Source: an uncultured Bacillota bacterium (GTDB lineage Bacteria; Bacillota; DTU025; MWDF01). From it: a stretch of DNA of 64,000 nt. The stretch's first letter is position 1, and each line of letters starts with the position of its first letter. This document shows, piece after piece, positions 59,535-64,000 of the stretch. Under the pieces are notes generated by a model. That model was not told the DNA's origin. It did no database searches and saw only the letters and a program-made list of their open reading frames with translations. Position numbers and translations under genes: made by a program. Where the stretch lies: assembly GCA_963823655.1 (NCBI GenBank), contig CAWGMK010000012.1, positions 74,611-138,610 on the forward strand, written 5' to 3'.

Positions 59535-61121
59535 GTGTCTATGAAGGTAATGAACTTCAGTAAGGCAACCCTGTTCATCACGCTGACTATGGTCATGCTG
59601 ATGGCTATACCCGCGATGGCTTGCACGTCGATTGTTGTAGGCAAGCTGGCATCGACCGACGGGTCCGTTATGACGACCCATACCTGCGACGGAACATACG
59701 AATTCAGGGTCAACATCGTCCCCGCCAAGGATTGGGCGGCTGGAACGATGAGGCCGGTATTCAAGGGCGGAGGAAATGGCGCCCACGTTCTGGACAAGAA
59801 GCAAGTCGGCGAGATGCCGCAAGTAGCTCACACTTATATGTACTATGACACCGCGTATCCTTTCTCCAATGAGAACGGCGTCATGATGGGCGAGACCACC
59901 GTAGGCGGCAGGAGCGAGCTCCGTAACGCCCAGGGCTGGTTCGAGATCTGGGAGCTGCAGCGCGTAGCCCTAGAGCGCGCCACGACCGCACGCGAAGCCA
60001 TCAAGATCATGGGCGAGATGGCAGAGAAGTACGGCTACGGCGACGGCGGCGAGTGCCTCACAGTCATCGACAAGAATGAAGCCTGGTTCTTTGAGATCTA
60101 CGGCGCCGGCCCCCTTGAGAAGGGCGCCATCTGGGTCGCCCAGAGAGTACCCGACGGAGAAGTCGGCGTATCGGCAAACAGGTCCAGGATCTTCGTCATC
60201 AAGGAGAACGATCCTAACAACTTCATGTATTCCTCCAACGTATTCACGTATGCCAAGGACATGGGCTGGTGGAAGCCTGCCGATGGCCCGCTGCACTTCG
60301 CAAATGTATACGCACCGAAACTCAACGTCTACAATTCGCGCCGCGAGTGGAGGGTACTGTCCCTCATAGCTCCGTCGCTCAAACTCGATCCGGACATGAA
60401 GGAATACCCCTTCTCCGTGAAACCGGACAAGCCGGTCTCCGTCCAGGATCTCATGAAGTACAAGAAGGACCATTACGAAGGCACAGAGTTCGACCTCACC
60501 AAGGGATTGGCCGCAGGCCCGTTCGGCAACCCGAACAGGTATGCCACACCGTCCACCAATGGCGCATGGGAGCGCGCGATATCGATATTCAGGTGCTCTT
60601 ATGTAGTCGTCATGCAGGCACGCGCGTGGCTGCCAGCAGCAATCGGCAGCGTCATATGGTTCGGTGAAGATGCGCCTCATCACACCTGCTATGTGCCGTT
60701 CTACGCCGGCCAGACCTCAATTCCTGCGTCATTTACAATCGGCAGCCGCGCCACGCTGGACAGGAACTCCGCATGGTGGGCGTTCAACCTGGTCTCCAAC
60801 TTCGCAGACCTCAAGTACTCCTACATGAACAAGGATATCGTCGAGCTGTCCGACAAGTTCGTGAATGAAGCGCTTGCGATGCAGCCGGTAGTGGAAAGCG
60901 CAGCAGCCGAGCTCTATAAGGTGGATCCTAAGCTTGCTATGAGCTTCCTTACCAACTACTCCAATGCGCACGCCGAGAAGGTAGTTGCGGCCTGGTGGAA
61001 TCTGTTCGACACATTGGCTGTCAAGTACCAGGACGGCTACGTAAGCCTTAAGACCGCAGGCTACCCTGACGAGTGGCTCAAGGCAGTAGGCTTCGGCAAG
61101 CTCGCAGCCCCGTCAAAGTAA
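59535..61121 (+). CDS. C69-family dipeptidase (secreted), intact
   Basis: 528 aa; signal peptide then ..ACTSIVVGK.. AGGGAGGG RBS. The start is GTG 59535 or ATG 59541. Confidence 0.85.
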   Translation: MSMKVMNFSKATLFITLTMVMLMAIPAMACTSIVVGKLASTDGSVMTTHTCDGTYEFRVNIVPAKDWAAGTMRPVFKGGGNGAHVLDKKQVGEMPQVAHTYMYYDTAYPFSNENGVMMGETTVGGRSELRNAQGWFEIWELQRVALERATTAREAIKIMGEMAEKYGYGDGGECLTVIDKNEAWFFEIYGAGPLEKGAIWVAQRVPDGEVGVSANRSRIFVIKENDPNNFMYSSNVFTYAKDMGWWKPADGPLHFANVYAPKLNVYNSRREWRVLSLIAPSLKLDPDMKEYPFSVKPDKPVSVQDLMKYKKDHYEGTEFDLTKGLAAGPFGNPNRYATPSTNGAWERAISIFRCSYVVVMQARAWLPAAIGSVIWFGEDAPHHTCYVPFYAGQTSIPASFTIGSRATLDRNSAWWAFNLVSNFADLKYSYMNKDIVELSDKFVNEALAMQPVVESAAAELYKVDPKLAMSFLTNYSNAHAEKVVAAWWNLFDTLAVKYQDGYVSLKTAGYPDEWLKAVGFGKLAAPSK

Positions 61122-61153
61122 ATAATCAGGAAGTAATACCTGCATAAATGATG

Positions 61154-61185
61154 AAGGCGGGTCCGTTGTGAAGCGGATCCGCCTT
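61154..61185. terminator. Hairpin between convergent genes
   Basis: AAGGCGGGTCCG / CGGATCCGCCTT stem (one wobble pair). Confidence 0.6.
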
Positions 61186-61280
61186 TGCTATATCTTCGCT
61201 TTTACATTGCTTTTCTCCTGTATGCTGGCCGGTTCAAAGATTCTCCGGGCTGCGGTTTCTTGCTAATACTTGTCCTTCTA

Positions 61281-62528
61281 CTAGAGCTCTTCGGCTTTCC
61301 TTGCCTTAAGCGTCTTGTAGAGCGCCACTATCAGTATCGCTACGATGGCGGCGGAGAGGCCGTTGTTGTAGAGCATAAGCCCTCCGTGGATGGATGAGCA
61401 CTTGGTCACGACGAACAGGTGCAGGAAACCTGCCAGCAGCCCGTACAGCGGCCCCAGCCTGTCCGACAGGGGGCAAAGCCCGGTGACGAAGAGAGAGCCC
61501 ATGGCAATGGCCGGGGAGAGCGAATAAGACGAGACGAAGAAGGCCAGCACGTAGCCCGCCATCAGCGTAAGCATGGCCGTGGGCTTCTTGGCAGTGACGG
61601 TCCAGCCGGCGACTGCGATTATCGTACCAAGCAGCGGTCCCGTGAACGGGGCTTTCAACGCGAGCCAGGGGACGAGTACAAGTATCACGCCGGAGACCGA
61701 GAAGTTCAAAAGGGCGCCGCCGGTGCCGCCGGTGGCAAGGTAGTCCGCACCCTCACACCTGCATGCTGTTATGGCCAGAAAGCCCTCTTTGCTCCCCTTT
61801 ATGAAGAGCAGTGCGATGGCTCCGACGACTAAAAACACAGCTAGCGTCGCTATGTAGCCCCAAGCCGGGTAATCGAGGTACGGGCCCGAAATCGTGTCCA
61901 GGTTGGTGCCTGTGCCGCGAATGATGCCCGCAGCGATAGCCGTTATGACTGTTGAGGCGAATGCGATGTTGTACAAGTTCATGTTCTTGTAGGCCCTCTT
62001 GGTAAGAGAAGCCGCCTCCGGTAGGACGAAGCCGGCGACAAGGCCTGCCAGGATGGCAAAGGGCCATCCGCCGGGGGTAGCGAATGCGATGAAGCTTACC
62101 ATGGGCCCCATGCATGTCCCGAAGAGCGACGTCGCTATATCGGCGAAAGGAGTCCTTTTCGTAACAAGGTTTCTAAGTATGGTGCCTGCCAGAATGACTG
62201 CGCCTGTCAGCGGGGTCTTTCCGAAGAATGAGAAGCCTATGCACATCAGCGTCGCGCTGAAGGCGAAGCCCCTGTAATCGGAGGCAAGGAACACCATAAA
62301 AGAGGCTAGCAGCCCCATAAGCCCCGCATTCAGGAAAGTGGCCCCGATGCCGCCTACATAGGAGAAGTCGGTCAGCAGGATTGCGGGATTCGTCAGTATC
62401 AGCCTATAAGAAGCGAGCAATCCATCCGACATCAAAATGCCTGCTATTGTAAGCACTAAAGAGAAGGCTAGCCCCAGGTAGAAAAGATCTGATGGCCTCG
62501 TTTTCGGGCTTGCCGCTTTGCCTGCCAT
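61281..62528 (-). CDS. Large polytopic membrane protein (DUF1576-like), unknown function
   Basis: ATG 62528 preceded by AAGGAGGAAACC; about 415 aa and more than 10 TM helices. The family call is from memory and tentative. Confidence 0.55.
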   Translation of the reverse strand: MAGKAASPKTRPSDLFYLGLAFSLVLTIAGILMSDGLLASYRLILTNPAILLTDFSYVGGIGATFLNAGLMGLLASFMVFLASDYRGFAFSATLMCIGFSFFGKTPLTGAVILAGTILRNLVTKRTPFADIATSLFGTCMGPMVSFIAFATPGGWPFAILAGLVAGFVLPEAASLTKRAYKNMNLYNIAFASTVITAIAAGIIRGTGTNLDTISGPYLDYPAWGYIATLAVFLVVGAIALLFIKGSKEGFLAITACRCEGADYLATGGTGGALLNFSVSGVILVLVPWLALKAPFTGPLLGTIIAVAGWTVTAKKPTAMLTLMAGYVLAFFVSSYSLSPAIAMGSLFVTGLCPLSDRLGPLYGLLAGFLHLFVVTKCSSIHGGLMLYNNGLSAAIVAILIVALYKTLKARKAEEL

Positions 62529-62592
62529 GGTTTCCTCCTTAAGAAAAGCCCGGCCGCTCGGCCGGGCCAGGTTCATGCTCTATTGCTATCTG

Positions 62593-63966
62593 TTACGCGC
62601 CCTGCTTCTTCGCACGGGCTTCGAAGTACTTCAGCGCCTGGTCGGGGTATAGGGCATACGACAGGGCGTCTTCCAGGGAGCCGTTGAAGGGTTTCACGGC
62701 CTCCTTGCACTTTTCCATCTCGAGGGGAAGCTCCGGCCTTTCGGTCAGGACCTTCTCGTCCCCGATGGCAAGCTTCTGCACCTCAGGGTCTATGCTGCCT
62801 GCCGGCATGCCGTACTCGCCCTTGATGTAAGCCTTCACTTCTTTGCTTATCATCTTGTAGCGCTGCCCGGTCATTATGTTCATGCTGGCCTGGACGCCTA
62901 CTATCTGGCTCATGGGGGTGACGAGCGGCGGGTATCCGAGGTCCTTCCTGACTACGGGGACTTCCGCCAATATGGACTCAAGCTTCGATATGTTGTTGCT
63001 CTGTGTCAGCTGAGCCCTCAGGTTCGATATCATGCCGCCCGGTATCTGGTAGCTCAAAACGTCAGTGTCAACTGTCCTTGCCGCGGCGACGCCGGGGTTG
63101 GAGGCCACGATCTCGTCTTGTATGCTCTTTAGAAGCTGCGCGGCGGGCCTGATCTTCCTTACATCCACGCCGGTGTCATACTCGGTGTCCCTGAAGGCGA
63201 CTATCATCGTCTCGTCCGGGGACTGGGATGAGCCCATGGCGACGGTGGAGACTGCGCAGTCGATTACCGACGCGCCCGCCTCAACGCCCTTCATGTAGGC
63301 CATTGAGGACATGCCGGAAGTATAGTGCGAGTGAATCTGTATGGGCAGGTTGATCTCGGCTTTAAGGGCTTTTACCAGCTCATAGCACGGATAGGGGGAC
63401 AAGATGCCCGCCATGTCCTTTATGCAGATGCTGTCGGCCCCGAGGTCTGCGAACTTCTTGGCGTAATCGACGAAACCCTTTGTGGTGTGCACAGGGGATA
63501 TCGTATAGGAGAGCGCGCCTTGAAGGTGGGCCCCGGCCTTCTTAACCGCCTTTGCGGAGCGCTCCACGTTTCTTATGTCGTTAAGCGCATCGAACACGCG
63601 GACTATGTCTATTCCGTTGTCGACGGACTTCTGTACGAAAGTATCCACCACGTCATTGGCGTAAGGCCTGTACCCTACCAGGTTCTGCCCTCTGAGGAGC
63701 ATCTGCATCGGAGTGGTCTTAATAACCGAACGCAGCAGCCTCAGCCTCTCCCACGGATCCTCTCCCAAATATCTCAGGCAGGTGTCGAAAGTGGCCCCTC
63801 CCCAGACTTCCATCGAGAAGAAACCGGCCTTATCAAGGTAGGATGCGATCCTTAGCATCTGTGGTGTGGTCATCCTGGTGGCGAAAAGCGACTGATGAGC
63901 ATCCCTTAGAGTAGTGTCCATCACGCCGACTTTGCGGCCCACTGCGAGCTTCGCGTCTCTAACCAT
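62593..63966 (-). CDS. Carboxyltransferase subunit (oxaloacetate decarboxylase alpha / transcarboxylase 5S type) without biotinyl domain
   Basis: ..DTTLRDAHQSL.., ..MLLRGQNLVGY.. and ..IHSHYTSGM.. The length of about 457 aa is too short to include a biotin-carrier domain. Confidence 0.8.
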   Translation of the reverse strand: MVRDAKLAVGRKVGVMDTTLRDAHQSLFATRMTTPQMLRIASYLDKAGFFSMEVWGGATFDTCLRYLGEDPWERLRLLRSVIKTTPMQMLLRGQNLVGYRPYANDVVDTFVQKSVDNGIDIVRVFDALNDIRNVERSAKAVKKAGAHLQGALSYTISPVHTTKGFVDYAKKFADLGADSICIKDMAGILSPYPCYELVKALKAEINLPIQIHSHYTSGMSSMAYMKGVEAGASVIDCAVSTVAMGSSQSPDETMIVAFRDTEYDTGVDVRKIRPAAQLLKSIQDEIVASNPGVAAARTVDTDVLSYQIPGGMISNLRAQLTQSNNISKLESILAEVPVVRKDLGYPPLVTPMSQIVGVQASMNIMTGQRYKMISKEVKAYIKGEYGMPAGSIDPEVQKLAIGDEKVLTERPELPLEMEKCKEAVKPFNGSLEDALSYALYPDQALKYFEARAKKQGA

Positions 63967-64000
63967 AAAATCACCCACCCTTATATCGTTCTACATACTC

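Noticed and set aside
61281-64000. Na+-translocating decarboxylase / transcarboxylase operon at the window edge.
   Set aside because: Only the carboxyltransferase subunit and an unrelated-looking membrane protein are visible. Partner subunits, if any, lie beyond position 64000, so no claim can be made.
1-64000. Genuine large-scale pseudogenisation (genome decay).
   Set aside because: This is not excluded but judged less likely. The disruptions are almost exclusively 1-nt indels, many at homopolymers, with no nonsense substitutions, truncations or motif erosion. That pattern fits sequencing or assembly error.

Overview
This is a 64-kb bacterial chromosomal window of about 55% GC. Strong GGAGG-type ribosome-binding sites and the gene content suggest an anaerobic Bacillota-like organism, but taxonomy is not determinable here. 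It reads as housekeeping and accessory metabolism, and I saw no recognisable defence island.

Main content:
- **Lipoprotein array:** an approximately 868-bp cassette repeated three times in tandem, each encoding a 219-aa lipoprotein, plus two diverged paralogs.
- **VTC cluster:** a VTC-domain / DUF4956 / beta-helix (Cthe_2159-like) gene trio.
- **Peptide uptake and hydrolysis:** a peptide ABC importer with no ATPase gene plus an M14 peptidase, and three C69 dipeptidase paralogs.
- **Poly-gamma-glutamate region:** a secreted-peptidase/permease operon lying divergent to a pgsB-pgsC operon that has no pgsA.
- **Regulators:** an ECF sigma/anti-sigma pair next to an orphan pilT, and a perR-catalase unit with a PerR box.
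- **SPFH module:** an SPFH protein paired with a ribbon-helix-helix (RHH) protein.
- **Potassium uptake:** a histidine kinase, two receiver proteins and a TPR protein, translationally coupled to trkA-trkA-trkH.
- **Other genes:** an ABC-2 exporter and MFS transporters.
- **Junk-yard intergenic region:** an AT-rich stretch holding a 96-bp tandem repeat array interrupted by an IS3-family element.

Major caveat: about 20 genes show single-nucleotide frameshifts, many at homopolymer runs. The most likely cause is indel-prone assembly rather than true pseudogenes.

The most interesting candidates are the mosaic lipoprotein array, the 96-bp repeat/palindrome family, a structured orphan intergenic region (52631-53100), the Trk-linked phosphorelay, and the poly-gamma-glutamate synthesis/turnover hypothesis. 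Function calls rest on motif recognition by eye. No database searches were run.
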